From a virus (Duplodnaviria > Caudoviricetes): a stretch of DNA of 24,446 nt. Where the stretch lies: positions 1-24,446 of the IMG/VR virus record IMGVR_UViG_3300025387_000072. One strand, written 5' to 3'. This document shows positions 8,388-17,518 of the stretch, piece after piece (position 1 is the stretch's first letter; every line of letters starts with the position of its first letter). The translations under genes and the position numbers were made by a program. The notes beneath the pieces are model-generated. The model saw only the letters and a program-made list of their open reading frames with translations. It did not search any database and was not told the origin of the DNA.

Positions 8388-9663
8388 TTGGATTCTCCAT
8401 TTGGTTGTTGTTATTCAAATCGGGCGTCATTTTGTTTTGTTGCGGCGGGATGACAACTTGCGTGTTTGTCACTTTTGTCGCGCCGAGCTTTGGTTTGCCC
8501 GATGGCCCGAGCTCAGTCGATTCTTCACGTTCATATGTTCCTTTTGGAGTTTTGACACGACCCGGATCATACTTCACAAAAAATCCTTTGGATTCTTTGT
8601 GCGCTTCACCGACCTTGCCAAATCCTTTTTTGTTTTTCAGCCCGACAATCACACCATTGGACCCCTCTGGTTGCATATCAAGAGGCCTAAAGTCATGCGT
8701 ATCGCCGTTCACAACGCGATATGCTTTGCCTGTTTCCTGATCGTGCACCGTCTCGGGAAGGTGTTCCTTATCCGTAAACGCCATTGCCACGTTGTCGCCC
8801 TTGTCCAACCGGCGGCGCATCTGGTGCCAGTTCGTGTGCGGGTTAACAACGTCAGGCTGCGACACACCGGTTGACGAATATGTGTAGTGGTGATTGCTCG
8901 CCACCGGCTCATATTTCATTTTCGTGTAGTCATAAAACGAGACGTCAGGGAATGACTTGATGATTGACTGATGAATGCGGGGGTTGATGTCTGACAAGAC
9001 ATTCAAACGAACGCCGAGATGGTTTCCGTTGCCTTCCGCTTCGTGCCTTGCCGCCGCGATCTCGTCATACAAGCGTGTCGCAAACGCGCCTGGATGGTTC
9101 ATCATAAAAAGCGTCTTGTTTAAGCTATTGAGACGAGGCCCCTCAAATGCAGACAAGTCTTGGCCGCCACCAACTTTGAAGTAATTGCCTGATGTTTTGC
9201 CAAGACATTCGTCTTTGCACGATGCGTGATTAGGGCATGTGTTGAAACCGCCCATCTCAAATGCCGGTGCAAGAGGTAACCCTGTCGTCTCGACGCCACG
9301 GCCATCGGGGAGCTTAAGAGGTTCTTCGCCTTTGTATCCCTTCTCGCTTTTCAAAAGTTTTTCGTTCTTGCCGAGCAGGCTGGAGATTTTCATCTTCTTC
9401 ATGATCGCCTTCGCCGCTTGGCTATTGGCAATGCGGTCCGCGCGATCAAGCGATTTGTGGTGGGCAATAGCGTCGTCAAACGCTGTCGCCAAACTCATGA
9501 TGTTGATTTTATTCGGGTCAATCGTGGAAAAAGGGCGCACGGGCCCAGACACGCTTCCGCCTTGCGGCTGGATTTGAAACTTCTGATTTTTGGAGCCGCC
9601 GTCGGCCAACTTCACGCGGACGGCGGGCTTGATTGAACGGGCAATGCCGAGAAGGTCTCTCAT
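8371..9663 (-). CDS. GP88-family-like Cys-cluster protein
   Basis: LPLAPA, TCPNHASCKDECL, VRLNVLSDI, FYDYTK, NVAMAF, GDTHDFRPLD and IVGLKNK match the recalled phage gene product 88 pattern. ATGA-coupled to portal. Confidence 0.7.
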   Translation of the reverse strand: MRDLLGIARSIKPAVRVKLADGGSKNQKFQIQPQGGSVSGPVRPFSTIDPNKINIMSLATAFDDAIAHHKSLDRADRIANSQAAKAIMKKMKISSLLGKNEKLLKSEKGYKGEEPLKLPDGRGVETTGLPLAPAFEMGGFNTCPNHASCKDECLGKTSGNYFKVGGGQDLSAFEGPRLNSLNKTLFMMNHPGAFATRLYDEIAAARHEAEGNGNHLGVRLNVLSDINPRIHQSIIKSFPDVSFYDYTKMKYEPVASNHHYTYSSTGVSQPDVVNPHTNWHQMRRRLDKGDNVAMAFTDKEHLPETVHDQETGKAYRVVNGDTHDFRPLDMQPEGSNGVIVGLKNKKGFGKVGEAHKESKGFFVKYDPGRVKTPKGTYEREESTELGPSGKPKLGATKVTNTQVVIPPQQNKMTPDLNNNNQMENPNETNS

Positions 9664-12011
9664 TGTGCCGTCCCCCGCGTGATCGCAGGAATGACGTTGC
9701 CGAGAAGATTGCGGACAACTTGCTCGCTCTCAGGGTGCACAGCGATGTTTTGGGCGAGATCAATCATTTGAATGTTCTCTTTGGCCCGCATCTCCTGCTG
9801 CTCCATAGCGTTGTCCGCCTCGTCCTTCTTCATTGTCGCAGCAAGTTGCGCCGCCTTGATCTTGGTGTCTTGCACCTTGGCGTCGGCGAGCTTCTCTTTA
9901 ATGATCAAGTCAATCGCGTCGACCTTCTTCTCGTGGTCGGACTTCTCTGCCGGTGCCACGAGGCCGCCCTGCTGGCTGTCCTGATGTGCCTTTGCAAAGT
10001 CAAGCGCGACCTTCGCCTTGCCGACCATTGCCTTGGTATCGCTGTCCTGCTTCTTGATTTGGAGCTCGGCCATCTTGGCTTGCGCCTCGGGGCTCTGCTG
10101 CGGGCCGAGCGCTTCTGGCGGCACCATGAATTGCTCGGGGTTGCTCCAACCCACAGCCTGCAGCGCCATGCGGTCGACCGCAATCGGGTCATACAGCGCA
10201 GGGTTTGCCGACTGGATTTGTTTCAGCGCCATCACCTTCATCAGGCGCTGCGTCTGGCTCGCCGTGTTTGGGTCTGCCTGCGGCACAAGGTCGGCCTGAT
10301 CAAGAGCCCGCGTGAAGGTTTGCTGATCCCATTTGCGGGCCGGACGCTTGTTTTGCTGCCAAAACGCTTCAGGATTTTCACGGAAGCATTTGACAAGTAA
10401 CGCAAATTCTTCCGATTGCGCCGAGTGCATGCGTTTGTGGACCGCGTTCAGGACTTTGGTCGCTTGGTCGATCAACGCAATCGTGGTGCCGACCGGCGCG
10501 TCTTGCTTGCCTTCGCCGACTGCTTGCTCGGCTGTGCCGCCAATACGCATGCCGGTTTGAGCCATGTTGTCGACGAGCGCCATGAGAGCCTGCGACGGCT
10601 CTTTGTATGGGAGCGGCATGACAGCCTGATTGATCGGCAGGCCGCCGGTCTTGACCAGAGCGCCGCCGCCCGGCGGGACACGGAAGATGTTGGTGTTCTG
10701 CCGCGCACCGGCATCCGAGTAGAGGAAGCCTGGGAAATTGGCATACATGCCCGCATCGAGCAGCTCGCGCCATGCGGCTGTCACCGCGTTGGTCGTGTTG
10801 CCTAAGATGTGGAGGAGACCAATGTCATAAAAGCCCATGCCCGGCACGAAGGTATATTTGACAAAGTTCTGGCGAGCTTCAGGAAGGTCTTTTGTATCTT
10901 CGTCATAATTTCTCACAATCGACAGGATTTCATGGGTCGATGCGTCAATCGTGACGCGATACGGGATTTCAAGGCCGGTATCTTTGCCATTGTGGCGGTG
11001 CTCAAACCCACGGATGTCGAGCTCGCAATAGCATTCATAGATTTCACGGTCGCGGTCTTCAGGGTTGAACGACGATGTCGAGATGCCCTGCTGCGCCATC
11101 TTCTCGCGCTGGGCAGCGTCCCACTTGATCATCTTCGGGTCAGACAGGTCGATCTCGCGATACACGCCAAGGATTTGCATCCGCTTGACGGTCGACGACC
11201 TCATATAGATGCGGTGGGTGATACGCTTCGCGTTACTGAGATCGGTTGCGGAGTTGTTGACGATGAGATCGTCAGCGTCGACGCTTTCGGAGACCGGGCG
11301 GTTCCGCAATGGGCAATAGTACACCTTCTTGAAGGCTGTCCCGCCAAACCCGAGCATGAGCAGCATACGGTCGGTGTCAGGGTAATACTCTTTTGCAGTA
11401 GATGTGAGATAGTGGTTGAGGTCGTTCTCAAGGTCGTTGGCCAAGGCGTCGGACTGAGAATCAGAGTTGTTGTTGTCCTCGCGGATTTTCACTGGCCCAT
11501 CAGTCGGGAGCAACTCGCTTCGTGCGTTAGCTTGGAAGCGGAGCACTGCTTCAAGCAGGAGAGGGTGTCGTACACGCGACATTCCTTCCACAGGCGCACC
11601 GTCTGCCGCTCCGGCAAGTCCAGGGATTTCAACCTTAAGCCCAAGGAGCTTAATTCCTTGCGCCCGATCCTCAATCCATTCCTTACGAGAGTCGAGGTCA
11701 TCCTCAATGCCTTTCATGAGATCGTGCGCGATCCGGCCCAACTCGGTCTGCTCAATCTCCTCCACAAGATTGTCAAACCATCCGGTCTTGCGCCCTTCCG
11801 CACGCTCAAGGGGCGACCCGTCGAGGGAAAGTGTGATCGAGCCGTCAGGCAGCTCGATGGTCATGATGTTGCCGTGCTCGTCCAATTCTGTTTTCGGCCC
11901 GCCCTCGTCGGCGTCTTGGATGATGATCTCGGAGCTGTCCTGAAATTCAGACGGCTGTTCGTCCTCATTGCCGAGGCGGATGTTGGGGCTCAAACCGGGG
12001 ACAAGGGCCAT
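9660..12011 (-). CDS. Portal protein (P22-like)
   Basis: 783 aa directly after terL. Motifs SRKEW, HPLLLEAVLRFQA, GTAFKKVYY, GFYDIGLLH and APVGTTIAL; C-terminal coiled-coil barrel. Confidence 0.9.
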   Translation of the reverse strand: MALVPGLSPNIRLGNEDEQPSEFQDSSEIIIQDADEGGPKTELDEHGNIMTIELPDGSITLSLDGSPLERAEGRKTGWFDNLVEEIEQTELGRIAHDLMKGIEDDLDSRKEWIEDRAQGIKLLGLKVEIPGLAGAADGAPVEGMSRVRHPLLLEAVLRFQANARSELLPTDGPVKIREDNNNSDSQSDALANDLENDLNHYLTSTAKEYYPDTDRMLLMLGFGGTAFKKVYYCPLRNRPVSESVDADDLIVNNSATDLSNAKRITHRIYMRSSTVKRMQILGVYREIDLSDPKMIKWDAAQREKMAQQGISTSSFNPEDRDREIYECYCELDIRGFEHRHNGKDTGLEIPYRVTIDASTHEILSIVRNYDEDTKDLPEARQNFVKYTFVPGMGFYDIGLLHILGNTTNAVTAAWRELLDAGMYANFPGFLYSDAGARQNTNIFRVPPGGGALVKTGGLPINQAVMPLPYKEPSQALMALVDNMAQTGMRIGGTAEQAVGEGKQDAPVGTTIALIDQATKVLNAVHKRMHSAQSEEFALLVKCFRENPEAFWQQNKRPARKWDQQTFTRALDQADLVPQADPNTASQTQRLMKVMALKQIQSANPALYDPIAVDRMALQAVGWSNPEQFMVPPEALGPQQSPEAQAKMAELQIKKQDSDTKAMVGKAKVALDFAKAHQDSQQGGLVAPAEKSDHEKKVDAIDLIIKEKLADAKVQDTKIKAAQLAATMKKDEADNAMEQQEMRAKENIQMIDLAQNIAVHPESEQVVRNLLGNVIPAITRGTAQ

Positions 12012-12014
12012 GTA

Positions 12015-13664
12015 TCAAATCCCGTACAAAGGTTGCGGCGAGCCTCCGGTATGGAGCCTGCTCTGCTCGTAGTCGTCCTGCACTTCGTCCGGCCTTAAGA
12101 TAAATCCGGACTGGCGCAGGTATCTCATGGCCATCGAGACCGTGTCGACAAGGTCGTCGTGCTTAGCTTTCGGAAAGCGCATGCACTGATTGATGACCTC
12201 GTCGGCCCAGTCCTTATCGGGGCAATACACCAGCCCCTCTTCAAAAAGGTGCTGCACCGAGTAAAGACGCGCCACTTTGTCAATCGACCCGGGATCAACG
12301 AGCTGAACGCCAAAGTGCCTTCCTGAATACATCCTTCTGAGCTCCCGCGCAACTGGCAACCCTACCGTCTTGTTTTCAATCAGAAGTTTGGACACCTGCC
12401 ACCGGATGCAGGTCTGCCCGACCTTATCGACCAGCTCCGGCATCTCGAGATTTGCCTGCCATCCATGCATCATCATGATACGTGGCGGGACTTCCCGCTC
12501 GTCGTATGTCCTGACGACATGGGTCATGTGGCCGTCTCGGGCCATCATGCGGGTCGCGTGGGACTTGGGATCATCGGTCCAGACGCCCCAGACGGTCATG
12601 GCAGACGGGTCGTTCTCGGTCTTCTCGGTCATCGCGGTGTCGAGACTGGCGATGATGTAATCAAATGGCGGGTATTGCGGCTCCTCCCAGAGCTGCCAGT
12701 GCTTGCGCTTGATGATGCCGCCGTCGTCTGGGGTTGGCTGCTGCTGGAACTGGCCGGAGACGGCATATTTGCCCATGATCCGCTTGTCGCGCTCGACGAC
12801 GTGCTTGGGGAAGCGCTCGGGGAACAGGAGCTCGCCTTTCTCCTCGCGTGGGTCTTCCCAGCCGAGCAGGGTCGGGCCCGCGCGGTCGGGATCGTATTCC
12901 ATCGGTAGCATGATGTGGTCGTAACCGAGGCGCTTCTCGATGATCAGGCCGGACACGTCCTCCTCGTGCAGGCGCTGCATGATGACGACGATGGCGGATC
13001 GGTCGGGCCGGTTCAGGCGGGTCGGCACCGCTTGCTCAAACCAGTTCTTTGTCGTGTCGCGCATGGCATCGGACGCAGCCGATTCCACCGAGTGCGGGTC
13101 GTCGATGATGACCCTGTCACCGCGAGCACCAGTGATTGAGCCCGCAGCGATGGCCTGCCGGAAGCCGGTCGCGGTGTTTTCAAACTTTGTCTTTGCGTTT
13201 TGGTCGCCCGTCAACACAACGCGGTCGCCCCATCGCTCCTGATACCACTCGGACTGGATCAGGCGGCGCATCTTGGTGCTGTCGCGGACGGCGAGGTCCA
13301 TGCTGTGCGAGGCGCAGACATAGCGCATCGAGGGCTTGTTGCGCGGTCCCCATTCCCACGACGGCCAGAAGACGCCGACAATGAGGGACTTCATCGCGCC
13401 TGGCGGGACGTTGATAAGCAGGCGGTTGTAGTAGAGCTCGCGCTCCTCCTCGTCGTAGTCGATGACCATCTCGTCGGTGATCGCCGTGAGATGGGCGCAG
13501 ATCATGTCGATGTGCCAATTGTGGACATAGTCCGCGCCAGGCTCGACGACGTGCCATGCCTGCTTGATGTACTCGACCAAAGAAAGCTCGGCGAGGCGCT
13601 TCTCCACCTTGAAGCGGGACGCCTCGACGTTGATCTTCTTTCCGTCGAGCAACAGGAAGGTCAA
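12015..13664 (-). CDS. terL: Terminase large subunit
   Basis: Walker A-like LLINVPPGAMKS, ITGARGD, Walker B VIIDDPH, IMQRLHEED, and nuclease acidic motifs SLDTA, NDPSA, HDDLVD. TTG start overlaps the upstream stop. Confidence 0.95.
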   Translation of the reverse strand: MTFLLLDGKKINVEASRFKVEKRLAELSLVEYIKQAWHVVEPGADYVHNWHIDMICAHLTAITDEMVIDYDEEERELYYNRLLINVPPGAMKSLIVGVFWPSWEWGPRNKPSMRYVCASHSMDLAVRDSTKMRRLIQSEWYQERWGDRVVLTGDQNAKTKFENTATGFRQAIAAGSITGARGDRVIIDDPHSVESAASDAMRDTTKNWFEQAVPTRLNRPDRSAIVVIMQRLHEEDVSGLIIEKRLGYDHIMLPMEYDPDRAGPTLLGWEDPREEKGELLFPERFPKHVVERDKRIMGKYAVSGQFQQQPTPDDGGIIKRKHWQLWEEPQYPPFDYIIASLDTAMTEKTENDPSAMTVWGVWTDDPKSHATRMMARDGHMTHVVRTYDEREVPPRIMMMHGWQANLEMPELVDKVGQTCIRWQVSKLLIENKTVGLPVARELRRMYSGRHFGVQLVDPGSIDKVARLYSVQHLFEEGLVYCPDKDWADEVINQCMRFPKAKHDDLVDTVSMAMRYLRQSGFILRPDEVQDDYEQSRLHTGGSPQPLYGI

Positions 13665-14107
13665 GGTTTATATTCCTTGATGACGTGGCCGGTAATCTTG
13701 CCGCGACTGTCGGTGCTCTCGTAGAACCGCTCCATCTGGTCACGGCCTGCAAGCGTCTCAGAGAGCTGCTCGCGGTGCCTCTTGTTGATCTCCCCCATCC
13801 GGAGCATCTCGCGCTCCGTCCACGCCTCGTTCTGCATGGTGGAGTTCCAATTGATCATGTCCTCCAGAAGGGCGAGGATTGTTCGGGCGTCGGCGACGTC
13901 CGGATGCTTTGGGCTCGCCTTGAACAGGGAGATCATCAGGCGCTCGATCATGCTCTGGCAGATCGACATGCTCTTGAGAACCGCGTCATGGTCGCGCCTC
14001 GGGACGCGGAGATCGCGGAAAAACCGCGTTTCGTTAAGCTCCCTGAGCAATTTGCTGTTGGTTACTTCAAGCTCGGCAATTCGGTTCATCATCTCTTGCT
14101 TATTCAT
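13661..14107 (-). CDS. Hypothetical helical protein between terS and terL
   Basis: ORF overlapping both neighbours; likely ATG at 14107. Confidence 0.7.
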   Translation of the reverse strand: MNKQEMMNRIAELEVTNSKLLRELNETRFFRDLRVPRRDHDAVLKSMSICQSMIERLMISLFKASPKHPDVADARTILALLEDMINWNSTMQNEAWTEREMLRMGEINKRHREQLSETLAGRDQMERFYESTDSRGKITGHVIKEYKP

Positions 14108-14591
14108 CTTCCACCTCTGTGTAATCTGCATCTTCCACGGATTGATCAGTCAATTGCAGGGCGTCGCGCACTGCCATGAGCTGATCGACATCAAGGGCGT
14201 CGGCGTCGATGACAGTCCCCTCAATTTGCATTTTAGCGTTCACGTCGACGTCAATCTTGTCGCCATAACGGAAACGCTGCAGACGAATCGCAAACCACCG
14301 GCGGTCATTCACCAGCTCTCTCGCCCGCTCAAATTCAATGCCTTGAAATTCGCCCCTTCCAAGGATGATGTCTTCAGTTTCTGACATTTTGATCTCGATG
14401 GCAATTTCGCGCGCGCGGGCATAATTTGCCATAAAAACAGGGTCTCGCGCCATCTCACGATAGACAGTCCGCGATTCCACGCTGATTTCATCCTTCGCGA
14501 TCATCTCTGTAAGCGCTCGCCCAGCGGCGATCTGCTCGCAAATATAATCCTTCTCGTCCTGAGTCATTAACCTCGGAGGGCCTTTTACCAT
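14100..14591 (-). CDS. terS: Terminase small subunit (Sf6 gp1-like)
   Basis: ICEQIAAGRAL...TVYREMARDPVFMANYARARE HTH pattern and RYGDKIDV; upstream of terL; GGAG RBS. Confidence 0.82.
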   Translation of the reverse strand: MVKGPPRLMTQDEKDYICEQIAAGRALTEMIAKDEISVESRTVYREMARDPVFMANYARAREIAIEIKMSETEDIILGRGEFQGIEFERARELVNDRRWFAIRLQRFRYGDKIDVDVNAKMQIEGTVIDADALDVDQLMAVRDALQLTDQSVEDADYTEVEDE

Positions 14592-14712
14592 TTCAAATCT
14601 CCACCAGCCTTCAATGACATAGCCTTTCTGGCCATAAAATGCAAATTTGGTATTGAAAATATAAAAAATAATTTTTACATTTTGTCATTGTTTTAATTTA
14701 ACGGAGAACGTT

Positions 14713-14916
14713 ATGACACATGAAGACCAATTTCCAGAAGACGCTCGCAATGATTGGCCATTCAAAAAAATGGAAATTAACGAGATGGTAAAAATCCACG
14801 AGCCAGAACTTGCGTATCGTGGACAGATTTACGTTCACGCTTATGGGGGCAATTCAGGGAAAAAATTCAAAACCAGAAAGGTTCGTGGCGTTTTATATGT
14901 CAAAAGGATCGCTTAA
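14713..14916 (+). CDS. Small basic hypothetical protein, divergent from terS
   Basis: GGAG RBS, WPFKKME...KKFKTR...YVKR pattern, followed by a terminator. Confidence 0.75.
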   Translation: MTHEDQFPEDARNDWPFKKMEINEMVKIHEPELAYRGQIYVHAYGGNSGKKFKTRKVRGVLYVKRIA

Positions 14917-14934
14917 TCATTGAAATATAACAAT

Positions 14935-14962
14935 AAAACCCGCCCAAGTGGCGGGTTTTTTT
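14935..14962 (+). terminator. Rho-independent terminator (possibly bidirectional)
   Basis: AAAACCCGCC-CAAGT-GGCGGGTTTTTTT. Confidence 0.85.
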
Positions 14963-15009
14963 ATGGAAAAGATACTTAGCGCTTTAAGTAGTGCTTTAAC
15001 ACTATCCTC

Positions 15010-15022
15010 TAACCCATTGATT
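15010..15022 (-). promoter_or_regulatory. IHF consensus site
   Basis: AATCAATGGGTTA is an exact match to WATCAANNNNTTR, within AT-rich DNA. Confidence 0.55.
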
Positions 15023-15206
15023 TTTCGTCTCTAATAAAGAATTATAATATTGAATTATTAATAATTTTAATTTGAAGAGAATATAAGAAAGAGCAAAAAG
15101 GGTGCATAAGACTACCTGTGTAGATATACCTTTATCAGTGAGTAAATGAATGAGTGTATATATCTCTAGGGACATTTTTCATTCTAACTAGACATTTATT
15201 GAATAA

Positions 15207-15219
15207 AATCAAATACTTA
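15207..15219 (+). promoter_or_regulatory. IHF consensus site
   Basis: AATCAAATACTTA is an exact match to WATCAANNNNTTR. Confidence 0.55.
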
Positions 15220-15267
15220 AAGCAAAATATGAGCCCTACCCTTATTTTATGCATCACTACCTATAAC

Positions 15268-15295
15268 TTTCAAAGACCCGTCACAATGCTATGAT
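15268..15295 (+). promoter_or_regulatory. Putative sigma70 extended -10 promoter
   Basis: TTTCAA-16 nt-TATGAT with TGn directly before the -10, upstream of 15332. Confidence 0.45.
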
Positions 15296-15331
15296 CAGCC
15301 TTGTCGGCCCTAACTAAGGAGATTTCATCCA

Positions 15332-15667
15332 ATGATCGTTTCCAATTTCAACTTCGCAATTCTGAACCTCAACTCCGAAAGGCAGCCCACAATGAACTTT
15401 GATTATCGCGTGATTTATCTCCCAAGCGACGAGATGGAATTTTTCGTCATCCGTGAAGTGTTCTACAACGACGACGGCGAGATCGTCTTCTGGTCCACAG
15501 AAGATGCCGTCCCGACCGGCGAGACTTTTGAAGAGCTCTGCGACGAATTTGACGCCATGGCCGAGGCTTTTGAGAAGCCGATCCTCATGCTCACAATCGA
15601 CGAAGACGGCAATGAAGACCTCGTCGAGATCGACGACGAGGAAGAAGAAGAATTAGACGCCGAATAA
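15332..15667 (+). CDS. Acidic hypothetical phage protein
   Basis: AAGGAG RBS before 15332 (alternative start 15392). FDYRV...IREVFY...GETFEEL...AFEKPIL pattern and a very acidic tail. Confidence 0.8.
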   Translation: MIVSNFNFAILNLNSERQPTMNFDYRVIYLPSDEMEFFVIREVFYNDDGEIVFWSTEDAVPTGETFEELCDEFDAMAEAFEKPILMLTIDEDGNEDLVEIDDEEEEELDAE

Positions 15668-15673
15668 TCAATT

Positions 15674-15703
15674 AGGGCCTCGCCTGACCGGCGGGGCCCT
15701 TTT
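15674..15703 (+). terminator. Terminator between convergent genes
   Basis: AGGGCCTCGCC-TGACC-GGCGGGGCCCT-TTT. Confidence 0.7.
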
Positions 15704-16635
15704 CACAAGACATATTGACCCCTGAACACTGGCCGACCGTATACGACCTCGCAGATTTCAGGCGGCATCAAATTCCCATCCTCATCGTAAGACAGCACCA
15801 CAAAGCCGCACTGGGCCCGATTAGGAGCCCCCTCAGTGTATTCAAACTGCGGCCCGAACGGATCAGCCATCATGCCGGTCTCGACGCCCCAGCGGCTTCC
15901 TCTGCGGTCCCTAATCGCCGTCACCTGCAATTGGTGGGTGTGGCCGGTCACCGTGCTGATACCGGCAGCCATCGAGGACGAATAGCCCGAATGAATGCCT
16001 GACCGGAACCGGTGCCGTACTTCTGTGTTGGAATTGATCTCAAACGCCCAAGAGATTTCCCAGTCGCGGAAATGATCCTGCAGAGACATGATATAGCCGT
16101 CGAGCTCGTTGGCATTGGCGGCAATGTAGTTGTCGATCCGGATGTCGTGGTTGCCCATAGTCCAGAGCTTGTGCTTGACGGTCGGCAACATGCGGAGCCA
16201 CGTCTTGGCTGTCTCAATCTCTTTCTCAATTTTGGGAGCTTTGAAGCCGCGCACGGGCGGGTGTCGGGAGACGCGGGCACCGTCGATGACGTCGCCATTG
16301 AGAATGATACCGTCGACCTTTAGACTTTTGGCTAATTTGACGAAAGCTTTGTAGATCAGTGTGGGTTCTCCGTCCCAGATATGAAAATCGGACCCGATGA
16401 TCCATTTTGTGTTGGGTGCCTCCTTGGATACCATCCTCGGGTAGGCCCAGCGGCCCGATTGTGGCCGCTCTTCTTTTGACTGGGGGAAGCGCTCCTTGGC
16501 ACGATAAAGACGATTCTGAAACGTCTGAGGCGGGATGCCGAGCAATCTGGCTGCGCCGTAGCAATTGCGGTTGTTCTCCTCATACACCCTTAAGGTGTCG
16601 AGGAGAACGTCATCACTCAATGGGGCCTGCGCCAT
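15703..16635 (-). CDS. Calcineurin-like metallophosphoesterase with N-terminal HTH
   Basis: SDFH, NGDVID, GNHD and GHTH motifs; N-terminal YGAARLLGIPPQTFQNRL Fis-like HTH. Start at 16635 by GGAG spacing (the track uses 16665). Confidence 0.88.
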   Translation of the reverse strand: MAQAPLSDDVLLDTLRVYEENNRNCYGAARLLGIPPQTFQNRLYRAKERFPQSKEERPQSGRWAYPRMVSKEAPNTKWIIGSDFHIWDGEPTLIYKAFVKLAKSLKVDGIILNGDVIDGARVSRHPPVRGFKAPKIEKEIETAKTWLRMLPTVKHKLWTMGNHDIRIDNYIAANANELDGYIMSLQDHFRDWEISWAFEINSNTEVRHRFRSGIHSGYSSSMAAGISTVTGHTHQLQVTAIRDRRGSRWGVETGMMADPFGPQFEYTEGAPNRAQCGFVVLSYDEDGNLMPPEICEVVYGRPVFRGQYVL

Positions 16636-16703
16636 GATGAGATTCTCCATGCGTCGGCCCCTCATACCATTGATATCATGTCAGTTTTGCGTCTGCAAAT
16701 TGA

Positions 16704-16958
16704 TCAGATTATTGAATCCTCATAATATGCCTGCTGAAAGGCGAATATGGCGTCCATGCGGAGGCGGCGTCCCTCTTTGATTTTGCCGTTGTAGCAGAAG
16801 GCGAACAGGCGGCCTCTCTCGTAGTGCCACGCGTCTTTCCCCACAAAACCATCGGAGTTCAATGGCAGGCCTTTTTTGGCCTCCTCATAGCCCTTCTTAA
16901 AAGCGGCGGTTTTCATGATCGACCGAGAGGTAATCCGGCGTGTTGATGCGTTAGCCAT
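16704..16958 (-). CDS. Hypothetical basic protein
   Basis: MANASTRR...AFKKGYEEAKKG...WHYERGRLFA; start 2 nt after the upstream stop. Confidence 0.7.
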   Translation of the reverse strand: MANASTRRITSRSIMKTAAFKKGYEEAKKGLPLNSDGFVGKDAWHYERGRLFAFCYNGKIKEGRRLRMDAIFAFQQAYYEDSII

Positions 16959-16960
16959 GG

Positions 16961-17254
16961 TCAAACCTTCCCTGTAAGAATGGATTTCCTGATATCCGCC
17001 ACGGATGCCCAGATCTGGCTTGGTCCGATCTTCTCCCACAAAAGCTTGGCCAAAACCTGTTTTACTGGATTTGTGATCTCATAAATCGTTTCAGTTGGAA
17101 GATGGATATCTCTTTCCTTGTCAAACAAGCCATCCTTTTTCAAACTGTACGTCCGAATAAACCCGTTTCTGACCGCGCCTACTTTGGCCAACTCAAACCC
17201 GCGTTCGGATTCAATGACGCAAATATCGTGGCGTCTTGGGGCATCGCTTGCCAT
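16961..17254 (-). CDS. Hypothetical protein
   Basis: Likely start MASDAPRR at 17254, adjacent to the upstream stop at 17257. Confidence 0.65.
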   Translation of the reverse strand: MASDAPRRHDICVIESERGFELAKVGAVRNGFIRTYSLKKDGLFDKERDIHLPTETIYEITNPVKQVLAKLLWEKIGPSQIWASVADIRKSILTGKV

Positions 17255-17256
17255 GA

Positions 17257-17517
17257 TCAATACCCCTGTTCCAATAAAAACGCGTCGTACTCGGCTTTCA
17301 CCTGCGCTAGCTGGGCCTCCACAGCCCGCTTGTCGTCGACGGCCTTGGCGTAGGCTCTCTGCGTCACCTTGAGCTCGGTATACAACGACCGCAGGCCGTC
17401 CAAAAAGCCCCGCTCCCATGCGGTACGGGAGCCAGTGCCGTTTGTGTATGGATTATCGGTAGGCAGGCCGCCTGTGCGGGCATGATATGCTGCTTCTGCG
17501 CGTATGGTATCTAACAT
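17257..17517 (-). CDS. Hypothetical protein with Rmf/CrpP-like NPY...AWxxGF motif and coiled coil
   Basis: GGAGG RBS before ATG 17517; DNPYTNGTGSRTAWERGFLDG. Confidence 0.7.
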   Translation of the reverse strand: MLDTIRAEAAYHARTGGLPTDNPYTNGTGSRTAWERGFLDGLRSLYTELKVTQRAYAKAVDDKRAVEAQLAQVKAEYDAFLLEQGY

Positions 17518-17518
17518 T

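Noticed and set aside
9633-13724. Long plus-strand ORFs (9633..10400, 10809..12098, 13200..13724 and others)
   Set aside because: Antisense shadows of portal and terL in GC-rich DNA, with no recognisable motifs.
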